The notes beneath the pieces are model-generated. The model had not been told where the DNA came from. It ran no database searches and worked only from the letters and a program-made list of their open reading frames with translations. DNA of 64,000 bases from a candidate division Kazan bacterium GW2011_GWA1_50_15 (GTDB taxonomy: Bacteria > Patescibacteriota > Kazan-3B-28). Shown piece after piece: positions 37,940 through 49,303 of the stretch (positions are counted from its first letter, which is position 1; each line of letters begins with the position of its first letter). The DNA lies in contig CP011216.1 in the NCBI GenBank assembly GCA_001029795.1, positions 134,903-198,902 on the forward strand, written 5' to 3'. The position numbers and the translations under genes are program-made.

Positions 37940-38893
37940 CTACGAAACGAAAGCCGACAAGCTATTGGCGGCGTAGGCAATGTAAATAACGAACAATATC
38001 ACCCCTTCACGCCGCGTCAGCATATTTTTCGACCACATTAAAATCCCGAACACGATCACCGACACCACCAAAAACGCGGCCGAGATGGCAGTGCTGTTAA
38101 ACGCGGTGATGGTAAACGGCCGGATAAGAGCCAGCAGTCCAAGAGTGGGGACGTTCAAGAGAACGTTACTTAAAAGATCACCCAAAACCAGATTTTGTGA
38201 CCGTTTGTATGATTGGGTTAGAACCAAGGTCAGTTCCGGCAGATTAGTGCCAATGGATAGGACTAGTAAACCGATTAGCAGCGGAGGGACATTTAAAGCG
38301 CTGGCTACGAATAACGATGAACCAACTAAATAGTAGGCCGAGGTTAAAATGACAGCCAGAGCGATAATTAGAATAGTAACCTCGCGCCCCAGATGGGTGT
38401 ACCGGCCTTTGGGCGCCGGAATAGACAGGTGCGGCTCATAAATGTTCCGCCGTTGATACATGCGTGCGGCGAACAGCAGGTAAGCTCCCACTAGCCAGAT
38501 GCCGTCCAGGCGGGTGAGGTGGCCGTCCATGACCGCCACGGCCGGCAGAACACTGATGGCGAGGTACAGCAGAAAATCATCATTTTTTAGAAATCGATTA
38601 ATGGACAACTTCCCGGCCAAAATGGCGGCCAGACCGGCCAATAGAGACATAATCACGATACTGGCGCCCAAGAGATTACCCAAAGATAACCCCGAGACGT
38701 TGCGCAAACCAGAGTTGATAGCCACAGTGATCTCTGGCGTAGAGGTGGCAAGACCAACGATGAAGAAACCAATGACGAAATCGTTGGTATGAAAAAGTTT
38801 AGCGATTTTGTGGGCGCTTTTGGTCGCAAAACTAGCCGCCGTACCCAGCGCATACGAAAGGGCGAACAATAGCAATATCTGAGTCGTTAACAC
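37940..38893 (-). CDS. Ca2+/Na+ antiporter (CaCA/YrbG family)
   Basis: Two alpha repeats, [15 protein letters not shown] and [14 protein letters not shown]; GTG start assumed. Confidence 0.88.
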   Translation of the reverse strand: MLTTQILLLFALSYALGTAASFATKSAHKIAKLFHTNDFVIGFFIVGLATSTPEITVAINSGLRNVSGLSLGNLLGASIVIMSLLAGLAAILAGKLSINRFLKNDDFLLYLAISVLPAVAVMDGHLTRLDGIWLVGAYLLFAARMYQRRNIYEPHLSIPAPKGRYTHLGREVTILIIALAVILTSAYYLVGSSLFVASALNVPPLLIGLLVLSIGTNLPELTLVLTQSYKRSQNLVLGDLLSNVLLNVPTLGLLALIRPFTITAFNSTAISAAFLVVSVIVFGILMWSKNMLTRREGVILFVIYIAYAANSLSAFVS

Positions 38894-38994
38894 CTTTTGA
38901 TTATGCCGTACCAGGGGGGAGTTGTCAGCCCTGGGGTTATGGCAACCGATTTTGCTGTACAATGGGCGGTGAGATATTGGGGGTAGTTTTAATT

Positions 38995-40137
38995 ATGGAA
39001 AGATGGAACGGGGGCAATCGAGTGGAGGAGACGCCAAGCGCTCCAGAGACCGCAAGCGTTCCCGAAACGGCGCCGGCTAAATCAAACGACCCGGCCAACG
39101 AAATTTGGCAGGGGAGTAATTTTGCCCAATATCTCGGATACGCCAGGGAGATAAAACAGCGGTTAGCGGAGGATCCGGCGCTGAAAAGCTACCTGAACCC
39201 GCCTCAGAACGAAACCAACGGTCGGATGTTTCGTGGCGGTGGAATGGGTTATTCCGGGGCCGAGATTAGAGCAGCCGAATATTTAGACGGGGAAGATACA
39301 GCGTTGGCTTATATGAGAGAAGTCCGTCGTATCCCGTTGCTTACTCCCGCGGAGGAGGCCTATCTTACGCGGCGATACCGGGAGGGCGACATGTCGGCCA
39401 AAGACCGATTAGTACGGGCCAATCAAAGATTGGTTATATCGATAGCTAAGCGGTATCTGCATCGGGGGCTGACTTTCATGGACTTAATCCAAGAAGGGAA
39501 TTTAGGGCTGATGCGGGCGCTAGAAAAATTTAGCCCTGAGCGAGGTCTTAAGGTGTCGACCTATGCCACGTGGTGGATACGCCAGCGCATCAGCCGGGCT
39601 CTTGGCGAACAGGGTGAACTGATCAGTAAACCCAACCACGTAGTGGAGACCATTATTCGGATCTACAAAGCCAAGCGCGAACTGCAGAATGAGTTAGGAG
39701 GCGAACCAACGTCAGAAGAACTATCGGCTAGAACCGGCATGGAACCCGGACACCTGCAAGAGGTAATAACTTACGGCGAGCGAGTGATGTCGCTGGACCA
39801 AGCCATCGGGGACAGCAATGAGAGAGATCAAATGGATCTCAAGGAGGTGCTGGCCGATACCCAGTCGGTTACGCCCGAACAGGATGCCGATGTGCTGTTG
39901 ACCGCCTCGGCGGTCCAATATGGTTTGCGGCATGGCGGATTAAAGCCTCGAGAGATGCAAGTCATCGATATGCGGTTTGGTCTGACCGATGGCAGATGTT
40001 TTGCCTTGGAAGATATTGGCAAAGCACTGAATGTGACTCGCGAACGCGCCAGGCAGATAGAGGTCAAAGCTCTGCGCAAACTCCGCCGAACTAAAACTTA
40101 CTGGGAAGACATCCGCCGAATGATAGACGATAACTAG
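38995..40137 (+). CDS. Sigma-70 family factor (RpoD/RpoS-like, no region 1.1)
   Basis: [43 protein letters not shown]. Confidence 0.92.
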   Translation: MERWNGGNRVEETPSAPETASVPETAPAKSNDPANEIWQGSNFAQYLGYAREIKQRLAEDPALKSYLNPPQNETNGRMFRGGGMGYSGAEIRAAEYLDGEDTALAYMREVRRIPLLTPAEEAYLTRRYREGDMSAKDRLVRANQRLVISIAKRYLHRGLTFMDLIQEGNLGLMRALEKFSPERGLKVSTYATWWIRQRISRALGEQGELISKPNHVVETIIRIYKAKRELQNELGGEPTSEELSARTGMEPGHLQEVITYGERVMSLDQAIGDSNERDQMDLKEVLADTQSVTPEQDADVLLTASAVQYGLRHGGLKPREMQVIDMRFGLTDGRCFALEDIGKALNVTRERARQIEVKALRKLRRTKTYWEDIRRMIDDN

Positions 40138-40183
40138 CTGATATAATGGTCTGGCTATCACTAACGATAATATAGTAAAGCTT

Positions 40184-40615
40184 ATGAATAGACCGATCGG
40201 TTCGTTAATAGCTATCATTGGTTTGCTGGCGCTGACCGGCGCGGCTTGCGGCCGCACGGCGACCAACATTACTCCAACTCCGACTAACACGACAACTGAT
40301 AACCAAAGCACTACCCCACCAGAGGTGACGCCAGCGGCCAAGATCGTGACGGTTAGCTACACTGGGACCGGGTTCAGCCCGAGTTCAGTTACCGTCAACG
40401 CAGGTGACACGGTTAAATTTATTAACACGGGGCAGACGTCGGCAGTGTGGCCGGCGGTCAATCCTCATCCTGTCCACACCAGTGTCCCCGGGTTCGATGC
40501 CGGGAAGCCTCTTGCGAGTGGCGGGACTTACTCGTTCACTTTCACGGCGAGGGGAACGTTTGGGTATCATAACCACCTTAATCCCGCGCAGACCGGTACG
40601 ATAGTTGTGCAATGA
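40184..40615 (+). CDS. Cupredoxin-fold lipoprotein
   Basis: Lipobox-like GAAC, Thr/Pro linker, FSPSSVTVNAGDTVKF, HPVH and YHNHL. Confidence 0.75.
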   Translation: MNRPIGSLIAIIGLLALTGAACGRTATNITPTPTNTTTDNQSTTPPEVTPAAKIVTVSYTGTGFSPSSVTVNAGDTVKFINTGQTSAVWPAVNPHPVHTSVPGFDAGKPLASGGTYSFTFTARGTFGYHNHLNPAQTGTIVVQ

Positions 40616-41817
40616 GATCAGGGTTACCGTCCAACTGGAAAGCCACAGCCGCCATATTTGGGGGGTTGGTGATCGTGTTTGTGGTAGTGGCGTGGTTAGC
40701 TGGCAGAATGACAACAGCACCGGCTTTTATTGGCGATAGTGCGTATCAGTCGTTAGTTTCGGCGCGGACAGTTTCCCGGGTAGCTGATAATTTAGGCCCG
40801 GTGACGAGAATTAAATTGACGCCGGACGAATTGCTGATGTTCGTGACAAATCTTAACGGCGAAGTTTTTGTTCTGGCCAAGGACGGTGACCAGTACATCA
40901 AGCAGGATACGCCGGTTTATAAAGTTAGGACCGGGTTCGTTCTGGGTGAAGAGAACGGGATGACGGGATTAGTCGTCAGTCAGAACTTTTCGGTTAACCA
41001 CTACATCTTTTTGACCTATGCCCAGCGGGAGGGGTCGGTGGGCCGCAACCGCATCTTGCGGTTGACGGTGGAGAAACAGGGCGAAGTGTATGTTGGCACC
41101 GAGCCAAAAGTTATCTTTACTGGCAACACGCCGGTACTTGGGGCGCATCAAATTCAAGGCGGAGTGAGCGTGATGATAGAGAGTCAACCGCACCTACTGT
41201 TTGCCGTCGGCGAGGCCTATCATCCCGGATACGCCCAGGACTTAGGGCGAGAAGCCGGCAAGTTGATGTTGATAACTGAAGATGGCGACAACCCTTACGG
41301 CGCCAGGCCGTGGCCGCAGTACCCTAAACTGCAGGCCATTGGTATCCGCAATGTTTATGACTTGAGCGTGGATCCGCAGACCAACTGGCTGTACTTTACC
41401 GACAACGGTCCCGACAGTAACGATACGATTATTCACGCGCCGGTTTTGGATGGTACCAGGCAGTTTGATTTCAACTGGCACAATAACGCCGATGACCTGT
41501 TAAATCCTTTGGAGAACGGTCAGCCGCATCCGGAGTACGTTGTCTATCATTGGCCGGTGACGGTGGCGCCGACCGATATCGCGGCGGATAATATCGGCCG
41601 GTTTTACTTCAATATCTTTTCCTCGGTGCGCGAGCCGCAAAAAGAGTTGGTGATGGGTAAATTAAATGGTCAGGGGATTGCTGCCTTGCAGACTATTGCC
41701 AACCGGCGACCCGATGTGGCTGGAGGAAATCTGCTAGGATTGGCGTTATCTGATAATGGGAGTATTTATTTTGGGGATTTTCTGGATGGGGCGATCTATC
41801 GTTTCGGGAGGTTGTAG
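40612..41817 (+). CDS. GSDH/PQQ-dependent sugar dehydrogenase-like beta-propeller
   Basis: ENGMTGL, AQDL...GK, GIRN, DNGP motifs; N-terminal anchor. Confidence 0.75.
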   Translation: MRSGLPSNWKATAAIFGGLVIVFVVVAWLAGRMTTAPAFIGDSAYQSLVSARTVSRVADNLGPVTRIKLTPDELLMFVTNLNGEVFVLAKDGDQYIKQDTPVYKVRTGFVLGEENGMTGLVVSQNFSVNHYIFLTYAQREGSVGRNRILRLTVEKQGEVYVGTEPKVIFTGNTPVLGAHQIQGGVSVMIESQPHLLFAVGEAYHPGYAQDLGREAGKLMLITEDGDNPYGARPWPQYPKLQAIGIRNVYDLSVDPQTNWLYFTDNGPDSNDTIIHAPVLDGTRQFDFNWHNNADDLLNPLENGQPHPEYVVYHWPVTVAPTDIAADNIGRFYFNIFSSVREPQKELVMGKLNGQGIAALQTIANRRPDVAGGNLLGLALSDNGSIYFGDFLDGAIYRFGRL

Positions 41818-41844
41818 CAAGCGCGAGCTGTTATAATAGAAGGG

Positions 41845-42786
41845 ATGGAACACCCGACCAAATACAACTTTGCCAGAGATGGATTCATCTATCTGTTGAG
41901 CTACGCCACTTTGGTGATTACCAGCGTGAGCGTGAATTTTTTGGCTAAGGCGTTGGTTAACCGGTGGATACCGGACGCGGTCAGTAACGAGTTCCTGGCG
42001 ATGGACAGCGCCATTATCGGATTTCTGGCGGCAGCGGTTATCGCTCTGCCGGTATTTATCTATTTGAGCTATCTGGCCAATAAGATGCTGGGGGCCAAAA
42101 CCATGCGGGCGGATAGCGGGGTGCGGCATTGGTTGATATATATCACGCTGGTGGTGGTGATATTAATCATTATCTGGCAGTTGGCGGTGCTGTTCTTCTC
42201 GTTCCTGAACGGGACATTGATACTGCAGTTTGGGGTGCACACTTTGATCACGCTAATTATTGCCGGGTTGATCTTGTGGTATCAGTGGTGGCACCTGAAG
42301 TTTTTCGCCGGTGAGCCAAAAAAATTAGGAGTGGGATTTAAGGTTTTTGAATGGACGGCGCTGGCCGTTATTATCGCGATAATCAGCTGGACCTTTACGA
42401 CCATCGCCAGCCCGGCAGAACAGCGAGCCAAGAATTTGGATAAGACGCGGGTGGAGCGGCTGACTTACATTCGCGACGCGGTGCAGAGCTTTTACGGCTT
42501 CGATAAAATTAGCGGTCATCTGCGGCTGCCGCAGAGTTTGGCCGAGCTAGAAAAGGATGCGCGGGTGTACCTGCCCGGCGATGGGTTAGTGGACCCGGTG
42601 ACCAAAGAACAGTTCGCTTACCGCGTGATCAACAAAACTACTTACGAGCTGTGCGCTGCTTTCGATACCGAGTTTAAAGAAGCGTCAACTAATGCTGTCC
42701 CGGCACCGGAGTCGGTACCGGATAGTCGGATGAAGATGTTTTATCACGGTATTGGGACGAAATGTTTTGAGCTGAAGGTAGGATAG
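41845..42786 (+). CDS. Membrane protein (DUF5671-like)
   Basis: 5 TM segments then SP..QR...D..R, LP.SL..L, DP.T...Y, YELCA.F. Confidence 0.7.
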   Translation: MEHPTKYNFARDGFIYLLSYATLVITSVSVNFLAKALVNRWIPDAVSNEFLAMDSAIIGFLAAAVIALPVFIYLSYLANKMLGAKTMRADSGVRHWLIYITLVVVILIIIWQLAVLFFSFLNGTLILQFGVHTLITLIIAGLILWYQWWHLKFFAGEPKKLGVGFKVFEWTALAVIIAIISWTFTTIASPAEQRAKNLDKTRVERLTYIRDAVQSFYGFDKISGHLRLPQSLAELEKDARVYLPGDGLVDPVTKEQFAYRVINKTTYELCAAFDTEFKEASTNAVPAPESVPDSRMKMFYHGIGTKCFELKVG

Positions 42787-42792
42787 TTTTTC

Positions 42793-43031
42793 CAAGTGTT
42801 CCAGCCTCGCTTGACCGGGCGTTTCTTTTTGCCACCATTTTGATTGCCCAAAACGGTGGCGCCAAAAGGGCACCCCGCTCACAAATCATGAGCCAATTTA
42901 AGCAAAATTGGCCTTTCTGGTTTTTCCGCCAGCTGGCGGACGCAAACTCGTTCCCCGACAAGTCGGGGTCCTCAAACATGCTGGACCAAGCGGCCAATTT
43001 TTCTATTGGCTTGCATAATTTGCTCGACGGG
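42793..43031. repeat. Structured intergenic element family B, copy 4
   Basis: GCCACC..GGTGGC hairpin, AAAATTGGCC/GGCCAATTTT stem, AAACTC-hairpin-TCAAACA. Confidence 0.78.
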
Positions 43032-43102
43032 TCCCATAACACAAGACAGCCCTCCTCCAATGGCGGAGGGAAGAATCCTAGATTTCTAGTATTAGATGCT
43101 AG

Positions 43103-43131
43103 TTGACAAAGATGGATTTGTATGGTATAAT
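43103..43131 (+). promoter_or_regulatory. Consensus sigma70 promoter
   Basis: TTGACA-N17-TATAAT with extended TG; ATG 8 nt downstream. Confidence 0.85.
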
Positions 43132-43139
43132 AGAAAGAT

Positions 43140-43925
43140 ATGAAAGATATGCTCTGGCTGCACCTTTTAAGGAAGAAGGGCCAGCGCCGTAACGGAACGG
43201 CGGTGGTTGTGTTGCCGGGGTTGATTCCCAATTCGACTTTGTTTGATGAAACTGTGCAGCAGCTGACGGCAGGAGGGGACTTATGGGAACTGCTCTACCC
43301 GAATCGGTATATTGACGAGAGCGATCTTCTGATCGGGGTAACCCAGGAACTCAAGCAGCTGCGGTATAAAAAGGTCGTGTTAGTCGGGGTGTCATTTGGC
43401 GGGACATTAGCGTACCTACTGTTGCGGCACTGGCGCCGATTGAGAGTACCATTCCAAGTACAAGGTTTTGTGGCGGTCTCAGCACCCTTTGACCCAGCAG
43501 ACGTGTCGTGGGCAGCTAAATTAGAGTTGCGTCTAGGACACGGGTTGTATCGGCATATGCGGAGGTTGTTCCGAGGGGTTTTGCGTGTGGTGAGGTTGGT
43601 TTGGCTGTATGACTGGCGGCCGGACAAGCGGGCGTATGTGCACGAGAATTCGTTCAGTCAGATGGTCAATGGGCTACGGATGAGTCACGTGTTGGGACGG
43701 ACCCGATTTGTAGAGATAGCGTTCCAGGATCTGCCAGCGTTGCTATTGAATACTGTAACTGGGGTGCGTGACAACCTTGTGTCGCGCAATAATGAAAAAA
43801 GTTTTGCGCGTTTGTTTCCGGCCGGGATGATAGTGCGGGGGTTAAATGAGCACGCCAGTCTGGACTGTCTGACCCGTCCGGCCCGGACGACGCTAAATCG
43901 GTTTTTAGCCGGGTTGGCCCGCTAA
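43140..43925 (+). CDS. Alpha/beta hydrolase fold protein
   Basis: GVSFGG nucleophile elbow, C-terminal D..H. Confidence 0.7.
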   Translation: MKDMLWLHLLRKKGQRRNGTAVVVLPGLIPNSTLFDETVQQLTAGGDLWELLYPNRYIDESDLLIGVTQELKQLRYKKVVLVGVSFGGTLAYLLLRHWRRLRVPFQVQGFVAVSAPFDPADVSWAAKLELRLGHGLYRHMRRLFRGVLRVVRLVWLYDWRPDKRAYVHENSFSQMVNGLRMSHVLGRTRFVEIAFQDLPALLLNTVTGVRDNLVSRNNEKSFARLFPAGMIVRGLNEHASLDCLTRPARTTLNRFLAGLAR

Positions 43926-43957
43926 CGGTACAATGGGAGCGAAGGGGGTGATGCACA

Positions 43958-44317
43958 TTGGAACTGTCGTTAGTGCTGTCTAGACATTTGGATGAGTGTC
44001 TGCTTCGGCTTGGTCGGATAGACCCGAGTCATATCCGATTTGTGTGCCAAGGTCAAACTATCGAGCTGTGGGGCTATCTGCATAGCTTGCGCCACTCGAA
44101 TGTGCCGTTGGTCGTTGTGCGCGGGGTAGCGCCAGAGACAGTAACGGCTCAGATCATTCCGCGGGTCCGACTGGCTGGCTGGGTAGAGTACGTGATTGAC
44201 GGTTGGGACCGGGACAGGCTGCGCAGCTATGACTTTAGTTTTGATCTGCTCTGCCCCGATCCGCCGACACCCAACCCCACCAGCGTGTTGTTCCTTTCCC
44301 GGAACGGCCGCCGTTAA
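43958..44317 (+). CDS. Hypothetical protein
   Basis: GGGGTGA SD and terminator at about 44316-44348. Confidence 0.45.
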   Translation: MELSLVLSRHLDECLLRLGRIDPSHIRFVCQGQTIELWGYLHSLRHSNVPLVVVRGVAPETVTAQIIPRVRLAGWVEYVIDGWDRDRLRSYDFSFDLLCPDPPTPNPTSVLFLSRNGRR

Positions 44318-44457
44318 GCCGTCCTGCTTACAGCAAGGACGGCTTTTTGCTTGTCAGTGGCTCTAAATTGTGATATAAGTGGAAGCGAAGGAGTCATGGG
44401 TTAACCGCCTTTATCTCATGGTTCCAATGTTCTTTCATTCCACGGGAGGTAGTTGTA

Positions 44458-44793
44458 ATGGTAGGTTCTTTGAGTAATGGTGTGCGTCGTAACACTCAGA
44501 GCAAAGAAGAAATATTAGCCTCGATCACCCGGGCGGCCGAGAAGGCCCCGACTGACGAGCACTACTTCGGCGCTCAGCTCTTCAACTTCATCGAGTGGGC
44601 CCGCGAGGCCGGTCTCGATGGAGGCGAGGTCATGGAAGCGGTTCATAAGGGTGGCTTAAAAACGCCGCGCCTGATCGACATCCTTGACACGCTCAAAGCC
44701 AAACACGGCGAAGAGAAGATTACACGGCAATTCCCCAATGTTAACGCTATGGCGCTTGGGCACCACGTTGACATGGGGGCCGCGCACGCCTAA
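44458..44793 (+). CDS. Hypothetical protein
   Basis: GGAGG SD; hairpin at 44822-44848 downstream. Confidence 0.55.
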   Translation: MVGSLSNGVRRNTQSKEEILASITRAAEKAPTDEHYFGAQLFNFIEWAREAGLDGGEVMEAVHKGGLKTPRLIDILDTLKAKHGEEKITRQFPNVNAMALGHHVDMGAAHA

Positions 44794-44920
44794 AGAGGTT
44801 TATCCTCCCCGTTGCATTATTGAGCCGGCCTGTTTTATGGGCCGGCTCTTCCGTATCTTCAGACCTTGGAAAAGGGCCAGTTTACAGATATAATGGAGGT
44901 ATCAAAAAGGTAAGACCAGT

Positions 44921-45916
44921 ATGGAGATCGAGGACGAAATTACCGCCGAAGAGGCTAATGAGATAGAGGCAGAGGCTACTACAATGAAGCGTCCACGCCG
45001 TCCGCGGAGCATGGGAGTGATTTTGACCGTTTTTGCGGCCGTGATAGTTGTTTTGGTAGGCGGGTTGGCCTCGTACTACTACTACACCTTCCAGCGCCAA
45101 GGAGTGGTCAGCGAACAAGAGCTACGGGATGTTTGGGATGAAACAGTGCTAGTAACCGTAACGCTGACCAATCGGTTCCAAACAGTGGATAAATTCGAGC
45201 AGATAGACGCTTCGGGTAAGAACTCTTTCGTAGAAGCGCTGAATGATGCTAACCGAACTGTCCGCGATGGGATGTTTTCATTAAGAAATCAAGCCGGCTT
45301 GGGAGTTGATGCCAGCACATTCGCCAGCAAGTTCAACTCGTTTTTGGATGACTATGGCGGGATGTTGACCGAATTGAGACGGATCATTGACCGCAAATCC
45401 GAAATCGATAGTCTGACCGCTTTGGACCAACTACTGGCCGATAAAGATGCGATGGAGAAGTCATATGATGATCTTTTACTGGTGAGTCGCGGGTTTATCC
45501 AAGCCAACCTGCCGCGGGCGATATTCGATCTGCCAGGAAGCATCTCTGACTTGTTGAAAAAACAGTTGGACGAGCAGGGGACCCAAGACGAACAGACGAA
45601 AGCTGCCCGCCAGGCGGCCGAGGGGGTGGTAACCCAGTTCGCTCAAGCTTGGCAGGACCGCGACGGTGGGGCAATGACTAAGCTGCTGACGGCTGGAGCT
45701 AAGCGTGAGTTTAACCAGGGGATATTAGAGGACTCGTCGGACATTACCAGTTTCCGGATAATTACTACTGATCTGCCGGATCCGGCTAAGGCTGAGATCG
45801 ATAGCCAGCTGACAAAGGAGACCCCTGACGGGGTGACCAAGACGGAGAGCTGGCATTTTGTTGTCTTAAAAGATGGTGCCGGGAATTGGCTGATTGATAC
45901 CTGGCAGGCAAAATAG
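44921..45916 (+). CDS. Membrane-anchored hypothetical protein
   Basis: Single TM, helical region, C-terminal NTF2-like pattern (W.I..W). Confidence 0.65.
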   Translation: MEIEDEITAEEANEIEAEATTMKRPRRPRSMGVILTVFAAVIVVLVGGLASYYYYTFQRQGVVSEQELRDVWDETVLVTVTLTNRFQTVDKFEQIDASGKNSFVEALNDANRTVRDGMFSLRNQAGLGVDASTFASKFNSFLDDYGGMLTELRRIIDRKSEIDSLTALDQLLADKDAMEKSYDDLLLVSRGFIQANLPRAIFDLPGSISDLLKKQLDEQGTQDEQTKAARQAAEGVVTQFAQAWQDRDGGAMTKLLTAGAKREFNQGILEDSSDITSFRIITTDLPDPAKAEIDSQLTKETPDGVTKTESWHFVVLKDGAGNWLIDTWQAK

Positions 45917-45987
45917 TAAAGTAGTTTAGTGGTCGGCCGCCCATGTCTTACTGGTTGGCCTGGGTTGGGTAGTTAATTGACTAATGT

Positions 45988-48798
45988 ATGGACGACAATA
46001 ATTTAGGCAAGATCGAACCTCGGGTCTTAGAGACTGAGATGCAGCAGTCGTATTTGAGTTACGCCATGAGCGTAATAGTTTCGCGCGCGCTGCCGGATGT
46101 CCGGGATGGCCTGAAGCCGGTCCACAGGCGGATCTTGTATGCCATGGAGCGAGAGGGTTTGCGGCACTCAGCCAAATATTCTAAATGTGCTGGTGTGGTG
46201 GGAGAGGTGTTGAAAAAGTATCACCCTCACGGCGATATGGCGGTCTATGATGCTCTGGTCCGGTTGGCCCAGCCGTGGAACTTGCGCTATCTGCTGGTGG
46301 ATGGCCAGGGCAACTTTGGTTCGGTCGATGGAGACTCAGCCGCGGCCTATCGGTACACCGAGGCGCGCTTGAGTAAGATCGCCGACGAGATCCTGGTTGA
46401 TCTAGAAAAAAATACGGTTGAGTTGGTGGATAACTTTGACGGGACGGCGAAGGAGCCAACGGTGCTGCCAACCCGAGTACCTCAGCTGTTGATGAACGGG
46501 ACGGTCGGTATCGCTGTGGGGATGGCTACGAACATCCCGCCGCACAATTTAGGCGAACTAATAGATGCCATCATGCATCTGATCGACAAGCCCGAGGCCG
46601 AGGTGGACGATTTACTGGAGTATGTTAAGGGCCCCGACTTTCCAACCGGCGGCATTATTTTTAATCCCAAAGATATTAAAGAGGCTTACGCTACCGGACA
46701 TGGCAAGATCGTAATGCGGGCGGTGGCGGAGATAGTCGAGGGTAAGAACGGCCATCAGATCATTGTGACGGAGCTGCCGTATCAGGTGAACAAAGCTACG
46801 CTGGTGGAGTCCATCGCTGAATTGGTTAAAAACAAGAAGCTGATCGGTATCGCGGACTTGAGAGACGAGTCGGACCGCAAAGGCATCCGTATCGCGGTGG
46901 ATCTGAAGCGGGACGCCTACCCGAGGAAGGTTTTGAACCAATTATTTAAGATGACGCAGATGCAGTCCAGTTTCCACGTCAACCTGTTGGCATTGGTGGA
47001 CGGTCTGCAGCCTAGGGTGTTGGACCTCAAGGCGGCGCTGCATCACTTTATCGAGCATCGCCGAGTGGTGGTTACGCGGCGGACTCAGTTCGAACTAAAA
47101 CGAGCGGAGGAGCGGGCGCACATCCTGGAAGGGTTTATGATCGCTCTCACCAATATCGACGCGATCATCAAGACGATCAAGCAATCGGCGACCAAAGAAG
47201 AGGCGCACACTAATCTGCAAAAAAAGTTCAAGCTGACCGATATTCAGGCTAGCGCTATTTTGGAGATGAGACTCTCGGCCTTGGCCGGACTGGAGCGTAA
47301 AAAAGTTGAAGAGGAGTACAAAGAAAAGAAAGCGCTGATCAAGAATCTGAAAGAGTTACTGGCAGACGCAAAAAAGATCGATCAAGTGATCAAGGATGAA
47401 TGCGAGGAGGTCAAAACCAAGTATGGTGATGAACGCCGGACTAAGATCAGTAATAAAGCGGTAGGCGAGTTTACCGATATGGACCTGATCCCCAACGAGG
47501 AGGTTGTGGTCACGATGAGCGTGGGCGGGTACATCAAACGCCAACAGATCGCCGAGTTCCGCACCCAGCGCCGGGGAGGCAAGGGCGTCATTGGGATGAC
47601 CACCAAAGAAGAAGATCAGATCAGCAGTATTCAGGTGGCTAAAAATCACGATGATATTCTCTTTTTCACCAACCGCGGTCGGGTGTTCAAGCAAAAAGTA
47701 TTCGAGATTCCCAAGGCCTCGCGCATCGCGCGCGGGACGGCGGTGGTCAACTTGATCCAGGTCGCGCCAGATGAACTAGTCACCACAGTGATGAGTTTAG
47801 CTGAGTTCGACGAGAAAGATGACTTGGTAATGATCACCAAACAAGGCGTGATCAAGAAAACCCAGTTGTTGGCTTATGCTAATATCCGCAGCAACGGCTT
47901 GATCGCGATTAAGTTAGACGAAGGCGATGAACTAACTTGGGTGCGGCGGTCTCGGCCGGGCGACGAGGTGATCATCGCTACGCGTCTAGGCCAGTCGATC
48001 CGATTTAAAGAAGCTGACGCCAGGCCGCTCGGGCGTTCAACCCGCGGGGTGCGGGCAATTAAACTGCGCGCTAAAGATGAAGTGATTGGTGCGGATGTCG
48101 CCAAACAGGGGCAGGCTATGGCTTTGTTGGTGATATCGGAAAAAGGGATGGGCAAACAGACCATGGTTTCGCAATACACACTGCAGCACCGTGGTGGGAT
48201 CGGGATCAAAACCATGAACATCACCGACAAGACCGGCAAACTGGTCGGGGCCAAGCTAGTCGGGCGGGGGCTCAAGAGCGACATGATCGTTACTTCCACT
48301 GAAGGTCAGATCATTCGGATGCCACTGAAGGGTGTGCCGACTCTGGGACGGGCGACCCAAGGCGTGCGGCTGATGCGGATGAAGGGTGCGGACAAGGTAG
48401 CTTCATTCACGGTATTGATCATGGAGGAGGCCGATGGCAGTCTGAGTAACCCCAACGAAGAGTTAACCGAGAGCGAACTGGCCAAGCTTCCAGCTGTTGA
48501 GGTAATGGAGGACAAAAAGCCGGTCAAGGCTAAATCCGAGTCAAGCCGGGAGGTCAGACCGGCGGCAAAACCGGAGGCGAAGGTTCAGCCAAAATCTTTT
48601 GCGAAACGAGTGCTAGCTAAGCCGGCCGCCGCTAAACCAGTAAGCCGGATGAAGAGTAAAGTTACAAAACCAGCATCCAAGAAATCATTTACGGTGCGCA
48701 AACTGGTCAAGCCGGCGGCGGCCAAGCCGTCTAGCCGGATCAAGAGTAAAATCACCAAACGACCGGCTAAAACCTTTACTCGCAGGAAATTAAGGTAA
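45988..48798 (+). CDS. gyrA: DNA gyrase subunit A
   Basis: [23 protein letters not shown], GyrA-box QRRGGKG. Confidence 0.98.
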   Translation: MDDNNLGKIEPRVLETEMQQSYLSYAMSVIVSRALPDVRDGLKPVHRRILYAMEREGLRHSAKYSKCAGVVGEVLKKYHPHGDMAVYDALVRLAQPWNLRYLLVDGQGNFGSVDGDSAAAYRYTEARLSKIADEILVDLEKNTVELVDNFDGTAKEPTVLPTRVPQLLMNGTVGIAVGMATNIPPHNLGELIDAIMHLIDKPEAEVDDLLEYVKGPDFPTGGIIFNPKDIKEAYATGHGKIVMRAVAEIVEGKNGHQIIVTELPYQVNKATLVESIAELVKNKKLIGIADLRDESDRKGIRIAVDLKRDAYPRKVLNQLFKMTQMQSSFHVNLLALVDGLQPRVLDLKAALHHFIEHRRVVVTRRTQFELKRAEERAHILEGFMIALTNIDAIIKTIKQSATKEEAHTNLQKKFKLTDIQASAILEMRLSALAGLERKKVEEEYKEKKALIKNLKELLADAKKIDQVIKDECEEVKTKYGDERRTKISNKAVGEFTDMDLIPNEEVVVTMSVGGYIKRQQIAEFRTQRRGGKGVIGMTTKEEDQISSIQVAKNHDDILFFTNRGRVFKQKVFEIPKASRIARGTAVVNLIQVAPDELVTTVMSLAEFDEKDDLVMITKQGVIKKTQLLAYANIRSNGLIAIKLDEGDELTWVRRSRPGDEVIIATRLGQSIRFKEADARPLGRSTRGVRAIKLRAKDEVIGADVAKQGQAMALLVISEKGMGKQTMVSQYTLQHRGGIGIKTMNITDKTGKLVGAKLVGRGLKSDMIVTSTEGQIIRMPLKGVPTLGRATQGVRLMRMKGADKVASFTVLIMEEADGSLSNPNEELTESELAKLPAVEVMEDKKPVKAKSESSREVRPAAKPEAKVQPKSFAKRVLAKPAAAKPVSRMKSKVTKPASKKSFTVRKLVKPAAAKPSSRIKSKITKRPAKTFTRRKLR

Positions 48799-48803
48799 AT
48801 TTT

Positions 48804-49211
48804 ATGTCTTTACTTAATTTATTTCACATCAGTTATTATTTTGATAACAATCTCGGATCCACATTCACCGGGTTCTGGTTTGCGTTGGTCGTAGCCAGTT
48901 TGCTGATAATGGCCAGCGTAATAGTTAATATTAAATCTAAGCGGTGGTCGTATTTCTACCGGCAGATAGCCGTTCGGGCGACCCAGATCGGTTCGATCGT
49001 TGGTTGGATTGGGCTGATCTGGCTATTTTTCCGGTATGAGGGTATTCCATACTTTACCTGGCGGGTGTGGCCGGCGCTGCTGTTTATTTATGTGCTGGTG
49101 GCGCTCTACTATCTGGTGCGGTTTATCAAAGTGGATTATCCGGAACGGCAAAAACAGCGGGGGAGCCGGGCGGATAAGGATATTTATTTAAGAAAGTTTC
49201 TTGGGAAGTAG
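48804..49211 (+). CDS. Small membrane protein
   Basis: 3 TM segments, FFRYEGIPYFT.R motif. Confidence 0.65.
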   Translation: MSLLNLFHISYYFDNNLGSTFTGFWFALVVASLLIMASVIVNIKSKRWSYFYRQIAVRATQIGSIVGWIGLIWLFFRYEGIPYFTWRVWPALLFIYVLVALYYLVRFIKVDYPERQKQRGSRADKDIYLRKFLGK

Positions 49212-49217
49212 TCGGGG

Positions 49218-49246
49218 TTGACTGGGGATAGCTCCTAGGGTATACT
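49218..49246 (+). promoter_or_regulatory. Sigma70 promoter of rpsA
   Basis: TTGACT-N17-TATACT. Confidence 0.7.
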
Positions 49247-49303
49247 CCCGACATATAGCACTGTTTGATAAGGTCATACTTTTAAACTTTCTCCCGAGGT
49301 GTC

